From positions 1-64,000 of the forward strand of contig CAZESS010000008.1 in the NCBI GenBank assembly GCA_964514975.1: a DNA stretch of 64,000 nucleotides. The letters are read 5' to 3'. Below are positions 28,744 through 37,862 of the stretch, piece after piece. The position numbers were made by a program, and so were the translations under genes. The notes under the pieces were generated by a model. The model was not told the DNA's origin and did no database searches. It was given only the letters and a program-made list of their open reading frames with translations. Position 1 is the first letter of the stretch. Each line of letters begins with the position of its first letter. The DNA is from an uncultured Thermoplasmatales archaeon. Its GTDB lineage: Archaea; Thermoplasmatota; E2; UBA202; DSCA01.

Positions 28744-30386
28744 ACAAGCACCTCCTCGAGCTCGGCGACGAGCTCCGTCGGCGCTAACGGCCGAGCGTCA
28801 TATTTCCGGACATGCCCCACGATGGAAACACCGGTTTTCTCCCGCAGCAACTGCTCAAAAGAGCCAGCGGCGCTCTGCTCGACCACCACGACATCCCGGT
28901 AGCCGTCAAGCTCCCATACGGGAAACGGCTCCAGATAGACGGGCTGCACCACCCGGGCATCCAGGTCGCCATGGCGGAGCGCCTCAAGCACGCTGAGCGT
29001 CGTCGAACCATATGTAACAATCACGGGACCTGCATCGCCGTACACGTTGACCGTGTCCATGTCCCGCAGATGCTCCCGCAGCGCCTGCTGCTTCCGCTGC
29101 CGCTTGTCATGCATCGCCGCGATGGTGTCGGCGTCCTCCGTCGTGATGCCGTTTTCGTCGCATTCGTAGCTGTTCCATTTGATGGTCTCCCTGGAGGGAG
29201 GAAACAGGAGCGGCGAAATACCGCTCTCGGTCAGCCGGTATCGTCCATAGTCCTCATTCCGGTGCAGCTCGGCCTCGGCCCATGGCACCGCTTCAGGCTC
29301 CAGGACCACGTTCATGGCACTCTCAGAGCAGTGCTTCTCCGTCAGCAAGATACCCGGCGTCTGAAACCGCCAGACCAGCCCGAGCAGCTCCCCGGCCAGG
29401 CTGAACGCCTCCTCGATGCCGCCGGGCGAGGCCACAAAGCGGGGAAACTCCCCGTGGCCCTGATGCAACGCCATCCCGAGGTCGCCCTGCCCGGTATAGG
29501 TGGGCACGCCGGTCGACGGGCCGGGGCGCATCGACAGCACAAACAGGACCGGCGCCTCAGCCATCCCGGCCATCGAAAACGCCTCCTCCATCAATGCATA
29601 GCCGCCGCCGCTGGACGCCACCATGACCCGGGAGCCCGCAAATACGGCGCCGATGGCCATGTTCGCCACCGCGATCTCGTTCTCCGGCTGCATCACCGCA
29701 ATGCCCAAATCGCGGTCATGCCCCGCCAGAAAATGCAGGATAGAGGTGGCAGGGGTCATCGGATACGCAAAATAATTGTTCAGGCCTGCAGATGCGGCAC
29801 CAAGCGCGATGGCTTGGTTGCCCGTGAGCAGCACCGCCTCACGACGGTCGCCCTCCGACAGGGTAAAACGGCCGCCAATTTCGTCGTCGGCTGCCTCATA
29901 GAGAGCCGTCGCGTAGGCCAGGTTGTCCTCAACGTGAGAGGAATACGCCCGCCTGACAACGTCCTCCATTCGCCCGGGCGACATACCTATGGCAGCGCAG
30001 AGCACCGCGATAGATGAAACACCGGAGATAAGGTCGGGGCGCTCATATTGCTCTGCTTTTTCCATGATGGGCAGCGGGATGCCGTCACCGTCGACGTCTG
30101 CATCGTGCACCATGACGCCGTCATCGGCAAGATGGTCGATGTGTCGGTCATGGCTATGCCGGTCAAGCGCAACAATGAGCTGCGCCTCCATGTAATGGCT
30201 GGATATCTCGCCCCGGGCGGTTGACACCACCGAGAAGTTGTGGCCGCCGCGGATGAGGCTGGGGTAGTCATCCATCTGAAACACGCCCCGTCCCATCTCG
30301 TTGAAAATCGATGCGGCCGTTGAACCGGCGCTTCGGACGCCCTGCCCCGCCTTGCCGCCCACGAGAAACGTGAACACCTCGCTCAT
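28740..30386 (-). CDS. korA: 2-oxoacid:ferredoxin oxidoreductase alpha subunit (KorA-type, gamma-fused)
   Basis: GGKAGQG, YPSLIRGGH, AYPMTPA, RPGPSTG. Confidence 0.88.
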   Translation of the reverse strand: MSEVFTFLVGGKAGQGVRSAGSTAASIFNEMGRGVFQMDDYPSLIRGGHNFSVVSTARGEISSHYMEAQLIVALDRHSHDRHIDHLADDGVMVHDADVDGDGIPLPIMEKAEQYERPDLISGVSSIAVLCAAIGMSPGRMEDVVRRAYSSHVEDNLAYATALYEAADDEIGGRFTLSEGDRREAVLLTGNQAIALGAASAGLNNYFAYPMTPATSILHFLAGHDRDLGIAVMQPENEIAVANMAIGAVFAGSRVMVASSGGGYALMEEAFSMAGMAEAPVLFVLSMRPGPSTGVPTYTGQGDLGMALHQGHGEFPRFVASPGGIEEAFSLAGELLGLVWRFQTPGILLTEKHCSESAMNVVLEPEAVPWAEAELHRNEDYGRYRLTESGISPLLFPPSRETIKWNSYECDENGITTEDADTIAAMHDKRQRKQQALREHLRDMDTVNVYGDAGPVIVTYGSTTLSVLEALRHGDLDARVVQPVYLEPFPVWELDGYRDVVVVEQSAAGSFEQLLREKTGVSIVGHVRKYDARPLAPTELVAELEEVLV

Positions 30387-30868
30387 CGGATGCCTCGCAG
30401 CACCCGGATGACCTCGTCGATGTCGGGCACCTCGGGGATGTCATAGATTTTTGTCCATGCGACATGCTGCTCCGGGTCGACGATGACGTTGGCCCGGCCG
30501 GAGAACCCTCTGTCAGCAAGGAACAGGCCATACTGTTGTGCGACAGCGCCATGCGGCCAGAAGTCGGAGAGCAGGCGTGTCTCCATGATGTCGAGTGATT
30601 TCGCCCATGCCTTTTTTGATGGCACCGCATCGATGCTGATACCCACGGCGATGGCGTCGAGCTCCTCGAAATCTTTGACATGCGCCTCAAGGGATTGCAT
30701 CTGCTTGGCGCAGACCGGCGTCCACGCCAGCGGGTGGAACGACAGCAGCACGTAGCGACCGGTCTGCCCTGATAGCGAAAACACGTCACCCCTGTGACCC
30801 TCCAGCTCAAAATCCGGCGCCCTCGCCCCGTTATCCATCACGTCCATATCCATTTTTTCCTGGTTCAT
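30383..30868 (-). CDS. Peroxiredoxin (AhpE/AhpC-TSA family)
   Basis: PxxxTxxC motif HPLAWTPVC; LLSDFWPHG. Confidence 0.92.
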   Translation of the reverse strand: MNQEKMDMDVMDNGARAPDFELEGHRGDVFSLSGQTGRYVLLSFHPLAWTPVCAKQMQSLEAHVKDFEELDAIAVGISIDAVPSKKAWAKSLDIMETRLLSDFWPHGAVAQQYGLFLADRGFSGRANVIVDPEQHVAWTKIYDIPEVPDIDEVIRVLRGIR

Positions 30869-30889
30869 GTTTCATACCTCCGTGCAAAG

Positions 30890-30903
30890 TTAACTAGTGT
30901 TAA
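30890..30903. promoter_or_regulatory. Candidate palindromic operator upstream of the peroxiredoxin gene
   Basis: TTAACTAGTGTTAA, 12/14 match, between a TATA-like element (30920-30927) and the RBS. Confidence 0.45.
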
Positions 30904-31150
30904 TATTATGGCGGAGGGGCTTTTAAGTCTTTGCCATAGCAATCGGTTAGAAATGCTCCACCTCGTGGCGAAGGCACTCGGCTGGAACCTGTGCCGACCG
31001 GCTGCGGCAAACGCCAGCGCCGCGAGGGTGACACAATCCCAGGCCGTACATTGATTCAACTAGCGGCCATTAATATGCACTGAGGTCCACGGTTCATCGT
31101 ATTATTTGCCGGGAAGGTTTTCTTGCTCACGGGTACATCCCGCGAGAATG

Positions 31151-31843
31151 TTATAGCTCTTTTCTCTTTACCAGGATTATACTGACTACGACCATCGCTA
31201 AGAACACAAATGGTAATTCGAATCCAGGTGTTCCATCTCCTCCATCGCTGGTACCATCTGTGTCATCGTCTCCCCCGTCCGTGGCGTCATCCCCTGTATC
31301 TCCTTCATCTGTATCATCACCAGAATCCCACGGAGCATACTCCGATGGTGCATAATCGCCCCACTGTTCTTCAGAGCTAGCAGACTCTACGGTATAACCG
31401 TATACGCTATAGGACTCATCAGGATTATCTACTTCAAACGTAGCGGTAAACGTATCACCTGATACTGGATCGTCTAGCATACGATAAAAACCCGATGCCG
31501 CACCTTCACCACCAACCCATCCTTCGGTATTGGAATACTGGGCAACATAATTACTAGCATCACCTTCTAGATGGATCCAATAGGTTATGTCTTCAGCGTT
31601 TTCAATTTCTCCACTGACCTTCATAGTCAAGGTTACAGCATTGCCATCAAAAGAGAAGGAAACCTCAGTTATGTCAAGGTTAGGCTTCTCCCCTGAATAT
31701 TTATCCCAGGACCAGCCTCCATCCGTTTCCTGATAATGCCATACGTCTCCGGTATCATCACCTAACGCTGCCACTGACCCACTAATCGCCAATATACAAA
31801 CGACTACGCCTACCACCAACATATTTCTTCGTAGCATACTCAT
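31151..31843 (-). CDS. Surface protein with PGF-CTERM archaeosortase signal
   Basis: Signal peptide; Asp/Gly/Thr linker; TPGF + TM helix + KRK tail; visibly lower GC. Confidence 0.85.
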   Translation of the reverse strand: MSMLRRNMLVVGVVVCILAISGSVAALGDDTGDVWHYQETDGGWSWDKYSGEKPNLDITEVSFSFDGNAVTLTMKVSGEIENAEDITYWIHLEGDASNYVAQYSNTEGWVGGEGAASGFYRMLDDPVSGDTFTATFEVDNPDESYSVYGYTVESASSEEQWGDYAPSEYAPWDSGDDTDEGDTGDDATDGGDDDTDGTSDGGDGTPGFELPFVFLAMVVVSIILVKRKEL

Positions 31844-32104
31844 ACTCTCCACATCGGCAACAAAGAACTCGTGTATAAGTCTTGGGGGTTTTTGGGCTCC
31901 ATCTCGAAAGCAAGTACAAAGCACACCTGCCAATGGCCGCTATCATCCTATCGACCTATTTTGGATACTAAAGAAAACATCGGCTTATAAAACAATAACT
32001 TCGGCATAGTTTAAGGATGATGCCGTCGCTAATGGCCACCGGCGGACTCCAGCCCCCCGGATTCAATGAGGGATGCCAGACGCGGACTCCCTGGCGACCG
32101 CTAG

Positions 32105-33673
32105 CTACCCTTGTCTTTTTCTCTTCAGCCACACACCGAGACCCAGTGCCGCCACCAGCAGCCCTGCCTGCAATCCGGGAATGCCTCCCCCTCCATCGTC
32201 GTCTTCTCCTGCAAGTGTATGCTCGCTGGCCACGTTTGACAGGGGAGAAACGTTTGGAATTTCATCTGCTGTTTTCAGCGCGAAATAGTAGGTGGTATCG
32301 GGGCTCAGGCCGGAGACGGAATAGGTTTCCTCATCCCCTGACTGATGTGGAACCGGCTGTGCTGTCACTTGCGTAGCATCTGCCCATGTCTCAGTGGTTA
32401 TCGACGCAGTGGCATACCGGAGGTCGTAGCTGCTGGCGGTTCCCATCTCCACGTTATCTCCAGGTGCCGTCCAGGTAAGTGTGACCGAGGTATTGGTAAC
32501 CTGGGTTGCTTGAAGATCGGTTACCCTGCCGGGCCACGTGGCATCAGCGGCTTTATCCAGGAAAATGTTTCCGTCATCTCTATCATCCTCCCATACGATA
32601 TAGGTCTGGGTATCAGAGCCGACCCCTATGGCTGGATGCCCAGCTGCTTCGGGCCCATCGTTTACATTGAAATTCTCACCAAATGATACTCCCCCATTAG
32701 TGGAATTAGCAAAATAAACCCCCTCTTCGCCGCGGGAGTCATCCTGCCATGTCACAAAAATCTTTCCACACGGATGAATCGCTATATCGTTATCGCAACC
32801 GCCTGATAGCGTTGCTGCCGGGGTGTGACTCACATTAACAGACGGCTGGAAAGAATCTGCGCCGTCAGTTGAACGCGCACATCGTGCCTTTTTCAGGTCT
32901 TCTTTATCATCCCAGTATGACACGTACACCTTATCTGTATCTAACACTGCGATGGATGGATCCGACATGCTGTCGCCGTCTTCAACCACAACGCTGGATC
33001 CAAACGTTGATGCCTGATCAGTGGATTTAACAACCCGTATGTCGGAATCGCCAAACCCTAAGCCGTTCCCATAAGCGACGTATATGGTCTCATCGGAGCC
33101 AATGGCGATCGCGGGGGTAGCGGGTCTGTCCTCGGGGCTGTTTACTCTGATGTCTGTCCCGAATCCGTTCCCATTTATGGATTTATCCAGAGATAGGTTT
33201 TCGAGGTATGAGGCTGTCCATACGATGTATACATTCTCTTCATAGGTGGCAATATCGGGGCTGTCACCACCATGACTATCGCTTATTATTGTTGGATCTG
33301 TGAAGGTGCTGCCTCCATCTGTGGATGCCGCATAATAGATATCCCCCCTATATCCCCATGCAACATGGATGTTGTCGCTGTCATCGACCGCAACCGACGG
33401 CTCATATCCATTGCCGACATCTATGGGGTCGCCGAACGTCTCTCCGCCATCGGCGGATTTAGCAAAGTTTACTCCATTCCAGACTACATATACGTTGTCG
33501 GAGCCATCCACTGCAATATCTGGTTTTCTTCCATAACCTGGGCTGACAGGTATATCTGTTCCAAATTCTTCTGCCCTCGCATCGTGAACACAACCGAAGA
33601 AGGCGTACACTGCGCCGAGCAGCAACACAAAAACAATCACGGTGGCTACTTGTCTCTGGATAACACGTTTAAT
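32105..33673 (-). CDS. Surface BNR/sialidase-like propeller + fibronectin type III protein with PGF-like (PGL) C-terminal anchor
   Basis: Repeated S-x-D/N-G-G-x-x-F boxes; FN3 (LTWTAPG...LSPDTTYYF); IPGL-TM-KRKR. Start is ATT 33673 or GTG 33640. Confidence 0.82.
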   Translation of the reverse strand: MKRVIQRQVATVIVFVLLLGAVYAFFGCVHDARAEEFGTDIPVSPGYGRKPDIAVDGSDNVYVVWNGVNFAKSADGGETFGDPIDVGNGYEPSVAVDDSDNIHVAWGYRGDIYYAASTDGGSTFTDPTIISDSHGGDSPDIATYEENVYIVWTASYLENLSLDKSINGNGFGTDIRVNSPEDRPATPAIAIGSDETIYVAYGNGLGFGDSDIRVVKSTDQASTFGSSVVVEDGDSMSDPSIAVLDTDKVYVSYWDDKEDLKKARCARSTDGADSFQPSVNVSHTPAATLSGGCDNDIAIHPCGKIFVTWQDDSRGEEGVYFANSTNGGVSFGENFNVNDGPEAAGHPAIGVGSDTQTYIVWEDDRDDGNIFLDKAADATWPGRVTDLQATQVTNTSVTLTWTAPGDNVEMGTASSYDLRYATASITTETWADATQVTAQPVPHQSGDEETYSVSGLSPDTTYYFALKTADEIPNVSPLSNVASEHTLAGEDDDGGGGIPGLQAGLLVAALGLGVWLKRKRQG

Positions 33674-33954
33674 TTTTTCACCTATTGCATAGAATCAATA
33701 TGCCAAGAATTTAAATATGTTATGAACCAGTTGGCGCTATACCGAACATTTCGAAATGTCTGGATTGATGACTTTGCTCATCGGAAACACTGATTATCTA
33801 GCTGAAACAGATGAAGGATGAGAATTGTCTCCCATATTAAGCGAAGTCTGTACCATTTCCGAAGAAAAAAGGAGGACTACATGCATCGAAATATTTTATA
33901 GTAACCGTTGGCCAATGCCTTACTTTCCGGAAAGAAAGGTAGAAAAGATGCTGC

Positions 33955-34356
33955 CTATTCAACTATCAGCGTCTCTGGGTCGAGGCGGTCGGTGTTGGCG
34001 AGGAGGAACTCCTGGCTGCTGTGGAGACAGTTGACCGGGCAGACCTCGACGCACTGGGCGCAGAAGATGCACCGGGCGACGTACATCTTTATCTTTTTCT
34101 CGTCTTCCTTGAACTCGATGACCTTGGCCGGGCAGACCCGGATGCACTGCTTGCATCCGATGCATTTGTCCTTCTCGTAGACTATTTTGCCGCGGAAATC
34201 GTCGGGCAGCTCCACCGGGGGGTTGGGCTTCGCCTTGCCGTCAGCGATTTTTTGCAGCAGCGCCGTCACGTTTTTCGGGGCATACTTGACCGGGAACAGA
34301 TTGGTGAAGGGCTTCTGGAAGAGCTGTTTCAATACCTGTCTAATTGCCGGAAACAT
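33955..34356 (-). CDS. mbhN: Mbh hydrogenase 2x[4Fe-4S] subunit (NuoI-like)
   Basis: FRG, two CxxCxxCxxxCP motifs. Confidence 0.88.
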   Translation of the reverse strand: MFPAIRQVLKQLFQKPFTNLFPVKYAPKNVTALLQKIADGKAKPNPPVELPDDFRGKIVYEKDKCIGCKQCIRVCPAKVIEFKEDEKKIKMYVARCIFCAQCVEVCPVNCLHSSQEFLLANTDRLDPETLIVE

Positions 34357-34357
34357 G

Positions 34358-35374
34358 TTACCACACCTGTATCGATAAAACCTGGGAGTCCCACATGAGA
34401 AGCACCAGTCCAAGCAGCGCCATCAACGTGATGGACACCCAGTACGTTGACACCACCTGGCTGATACGCAGCCGTGCCACCCCAACGCGTATGAGCGAAA
34501 CGCCGAAAAAGATCACCAGGGATACCTTCACGAGATAGAATATGATGTTCGCCGCATCTGCCATCAGGCCGGACAGCGACAATGTCTCCGCGATACCCCA
34601 CGGGAAAAACAGGGCCACCATGAGCGACGCCAACGCCACGGTTTTCACCCCGTCGGCGAGATAAAACATGGCCAGGTTACGGCCCGAGTACTCGACGAGC
34701 ACTCCCTCCGCTATCTCGGTCTCCGCCTCGCCCACGTCGAAGGGCACCTTGGCCAGCTCCGCGGGCATCACGATGACCAGCGCCAGCAGTATCAATATCA
34801 GGCCGATAATGCCGAGCAGGCCGACCTCACCCCACAATGGATTCGAGGCAATAAAAGACAGGGTGAACACGTCGCCGCCACCCGTTATCTCCTGGAGCTT
34901 CCAGACGATGGCAATGATGGCGACGGCGAGCGGAAACTCGTAGGACATCATGGTCACCATTTCACGCTGCGCTCCAACCGTCGCGAACGGGGAGCCGGAT
35001 GCGAAGCCGCCGGCGACCATGGACAGCGCGGGAATGGTCAGCAGGTACAAAATCAGGATGATGTCGCCGTGGCCCTGCAGTATCGGGGTGTAACCGGCGA
35101 TGGGGATGTAGAGCAGCAGGGTGATCGATGCCGCCAGCGATATAACCGGGGCTGCGTGGTACATCCAGCCGACGGCATTGTCGGGCATCACGCTTTCCTT
35201 CATCAGCAGCTTGCTGACATCCCAGAAAGGCTGCCGCAGTGGCGGGCCGACGCGGTTCTGCATGTGGGCGGCTATTTTCCGGTCGATACCCTTGTAGGAC
35301 AGGCCGAGAAACAGCGCTAACACCGAGATACCCAGCGTCCCGACGACCGCCTCGAACAGGAGCTCCGCGTTCAT
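34358..35374 (-). CDS. mbhM: Mbh membrane subunit (NuoH-like)
   Basis: QNRVGPP, PFDVGEAETEI, EYSG. Confidence 0.9.
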   Translation of the reverse strand: MNAELLFEAVVGTLGISVLALFLGLSYKGIDRKIAAHMQNRVGPPLRQPFWDVSKLLMKESVMPDNAVGWMYHAAPVISLAASITLLLYIPIAGYTPILQGHGDIILILYLLTIPALSMVAGGFASGSPFATVGAQREMVTMMSYEFPLAVAIIAIVWKLQEITGGGDVFTLSFIASNPLWGEVGLLGIIGLILILLALVIVMPAELAKVPFDVGEAETEIAEGVLVEYSGRNLAMFYLADGVKTVALASLMVALFFPWGIAETLSLSGLMADAANIIFYLVKVSLVIFFGVSLIRVGVARLRISQVVSTYWVSITLMALLGLVLLMWDSQVLSIQVW

Positions 35375-36576
35375 TTGATCAGCCTCCGTGTTTTCTGGAC
35401 AGAGAGGTCATGCAGTTTTTCTTTGTCATATGTGGAGCCGTTGGCCGTGACGGCGCGGTTGGTGCAGGACATGCAGGGGTCGATGGACGCGGCGACGATG
35501 GGGATGTCGGCGATCTGCTCGTGCATCAGCATCGGACGCCATGCCATCAGGTTGCTATATGTTGGCGCGCGGACCTTCCATGTGTGCAGGGTGTCCATGC
35601 CGGGTTCGAGCTTGACGTAGTGAATGTCCTCGCCGCGGGGCGCTTCATGCCGTCCGATGGCCTCGCCCTCCGCTTTTTTTATCTGGGCGAGCAGCTTCGG
35701 TATTTTTTCCTCGGTCATGATGTCGCCCTCGGGCATGTCGTCCAGGGCCTGCTCGATGATGTCGAGGGACTGTTTGACCTCGAGCAATCGGACGACGATG
35801 CGGTCGTAGGTGTCACCGACGACCTCGCCCGTCAAAATGTCGGGCGTGATGGCCTCGACGTTGAAATCGGGGTAGGCAAAGTAGGGAACGTCCTGCCTGA
35901 CGTCTTTTTTGACGCCGCTGGCACGCGTCGTCGGTCCCGCGGCGCCGAGCCGCAGCGCGTCTTTCTCGGTGAGGATGCCGATGTGCCGCGTCCGCATCTT
36001 GATGGTCTTGTCGTCGAGGAACAGATTGGCGATTTTGCCGAACAATCGGCGGTATTCCTCGAGCATCTCCCGTATCTTGGGCACCTTTTTCTCGGGGATG
36101 TCACGGCGGACGCCGCCGTACATCATGATGGCCTTGGTGACCCGGTTGCCGTTGACCAGCTCCAGGATGTCCATGACGTGCTCGCGGACCTTCCACGAGT
36201 AATGCAGCAATGTGTCGAAGCCGAGCTCGTGGGCGGCGACGCCCGCCCAGAGCAGATGGGAATGGATACGCTCCAGCTCGCCCTCGATGACCCGTATGTA
36301 TTCGGCGCGGTCGGGTACCTCTATCCCGGCGGTTTCCTCGACCGCCATGATAAGGCAGGCGGGATGGCACAGGTTGCAGATGCCGCAGATGCGCTCCGCG
36401 ACGTAGATGGACTGCACCGGGTTGTTGCGGTGCATGCCGATCCATTCGATGCCCCGGTGGTTTTCGCTCGCTGTGACGTCCACATCGACGATTTCTTCGC
36501 CGTCGAGCTCGCAGGTAATCGTGATTGGTTCTTTCAAAGCGGGATGCACCGGGCCGATGGGTATCTTGTATTTCAT
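35371..36576 (-). CDS. mbhL: Mbh [NiFe]-hydrogenase large subunit
   Basis: GPVHP, ERICGIC and DPCMSC Ni-ligand pairs. Confidence 0.93.
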   Translation of the reverse strand: MKYKIPIGPVHPALKEPITITCELDGEEIVDVDVTASENHRGIEWIGMHRNNPVQSIYVAERICGICNLCHPACLIMAVEETAGIEVPDRAEYIRVIEGELERIHSHLLWAGVAAHELGFDTLLHYSWKVREHVMDILELVNGNRVTKAIMMYGGVRRDIPEKKVPKIREMLEEYRRLFGKIANLFLDDKTIKMRTRHIGILTEKDALRLGAAGPTTRASGVKKDVRQDVPYFAYPDFNVEAITPDILTGEVVGDTYDRIVVRLLEVKQSLDIIEQALDDMPEGDIMTEEKIPKLLAQIKKAEGEAIGRHEAPRGEDIHYVKLEPGMDTLHTWKVRAPTYSNLMAWRPMLMHEQIADIPIVAASIDPCMSCTNRAVTANGSTYDKEKLHDLSVQKTRRLIK

Positions 36577-37088
36577 TCCTTCCACCCCTCGTAGAGCTTG
36601 TTGGTTTCCTTCGCTCCTGTCTCGTCGCGCCGCCATGGGTAGACGCCCTCGGGGAAGTCGGGCGTGAGGAACAGGTGCCGCTTGTCGTGCAGCCCCTGGA
36701 CGTCGGCGCCGGTCATCTCGATGACCTCCCGCTCGGAGAACTCCGTCCCGGGGATGAGATCGGTGAGCGTTGGCACCCAGAGATCGTTTTTGGGCGCCGG
36801 CACCCGGAGCGTGATGGCAACCTCCCCGCAAAACGTGCCATAGTTGAGCGTGAAATGGTAGTTGTATACCATGTCGTCGCCCGCGTCGGACGGCGATATC
36901 ACCGAGAAATGCGGGAACTCCTCCGCCTCCTCTATGAGCGATGCTACGAGGTCGTGCAGCTCCTCGCGGGGGATGTCGACCCAGACGGTGTGCCGTTCCA
37001 TCGGGGTGCGGACGCCCGCCGTCGCGGTTTGTACCTCGTATTCGAGGTCGTGTGATTCGAGCATGTCTTTGATTTCATCGATGTTCAT
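36573..37088 (-). CDS. mbhK: Mbh NuoC-like subunit
   Basis: EREVIEMTG, LFLT...YPWR. Confidence 0.85.
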   Translation of the reverse strand: MNIDEIKDMLESHDLEYEVQTATAGVRTPMERHTVWVDIPREELHDLVASLIEEAEEFPHFSVISPSDAGDDMVYNYHFTLNYGTFCGEVAITLRVPAPKNDLWVPTLTDLIPGTEFSEREVIEMTGADVQGLHDKRHLFLTPDFPEGVYPWRRDETGAKETNKLYEGWKE

Positions 37089-37513
37089 TCTGACACCTCC
37101 TCCAGGTGTTTCCAGGCCTTTACCACGCCGTCGATGATGGCCTCGGGGCGGGGCGGGCAGCCCGGGACGTAGACGCAGGTTGCCTCTGGGACAACGCGGT
37201 TGAGCGGCCCGGCCAGATGATATGACTCATGGAACACGCCGCCGGTGATACCGCAGCTGCCCACAACCAACACGACCTTGGGGTCGGGGGTCTGCTCGTA
37301 GATACGGCGAACCTTGTCCTCCATGTCGTTGGTGATGGGGCCGGTGAACAGGATGACGTCGGCATGCCTGGGCGAGCCAACCAGTTTGATGCCAAAGCGC
37401 TCCACGTCATAGCGTGGGGTCAGCGCCGCCACGATTTCGATGTCGCAGCCGTTGCAGGAGCCGCTGTTGACATGGAACACCCAGAGCGACCGCTTGAACG
37501 AGTTCAGACTCAT
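37085..37513 (-). CDS. mbhJ: Mbh small subunit (NuoB-like)
   Basis: SCNGCDIE, SPRHAD, GSC, PGCPPRP. Confidence 0.93.
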   Translation of the reverse strand: MSLNSFKRSLWVFHVNSGSCNGCDIEIVAALTPRYDVERFGIKLVGSPRHADVILFTGPITNDMEDKVRRIYEQTPDPKVVLVVGSCGITGGVFHESYHLAGPLNRVVPEATCVYVPGCPPRPEAIIDGVVKAWKHLEEVSE

Positions 37514-37860
37514 GCTATCACCTCCAGTCCGATGATGAGAACGAAAAACAGCGCGGCCATGCCAATAAACCAGAGCACGTAGTCGTTCACGATGCCGGTA
37601 TGGATCTTTTTCATCCATCTGTAGTAGCCGCCCAGCGCCTCGGTGAACCCCCAGTAGATGTTGCCCGCCCTGACATGTGCCTCCTCCTTCGAGGGGGCGG
37701 GATGCCCGGACAGGAACGGGGTGCCCTGCTCGCCTCCTTTGTGCTGCCGGTTGCCCATGCCCCAGAGGATGTAGGCAACCAGGGCTGCCACGACAAAGGC
37801 GATGATCCAGACCACGGGCGACCAGTAGCCACCGGTGGTTTCAAGAGCCTCGAATACCAT
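37510..37860 (-). CDS. mbhI: Mbh membrane subunit I
   Basis: GYWSP, PFLSG, HTGIVNDY; position in operon. Confidence 0.82.
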   Translation of the reverse strand: MVFEALETTGGYWSPVVWIIAFVVAALVAYILWGMGNRQHKGGEQGTPFLSGHPAPSKEEAHVRAGNIYWGFTEALGGYYRWMKKIHTGIVNDYVLWFIGMAALFFVLIIGLEVIA

Positions 37861-37862
37861 AG

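Noticed and set aside
32042-32090. GCGGACTCC direct repeat around a sequence loosely resembling an IS200/IS605 end hairpin
   Set aside because: The stem is poor and no tnpA/tnpB remnant is visible
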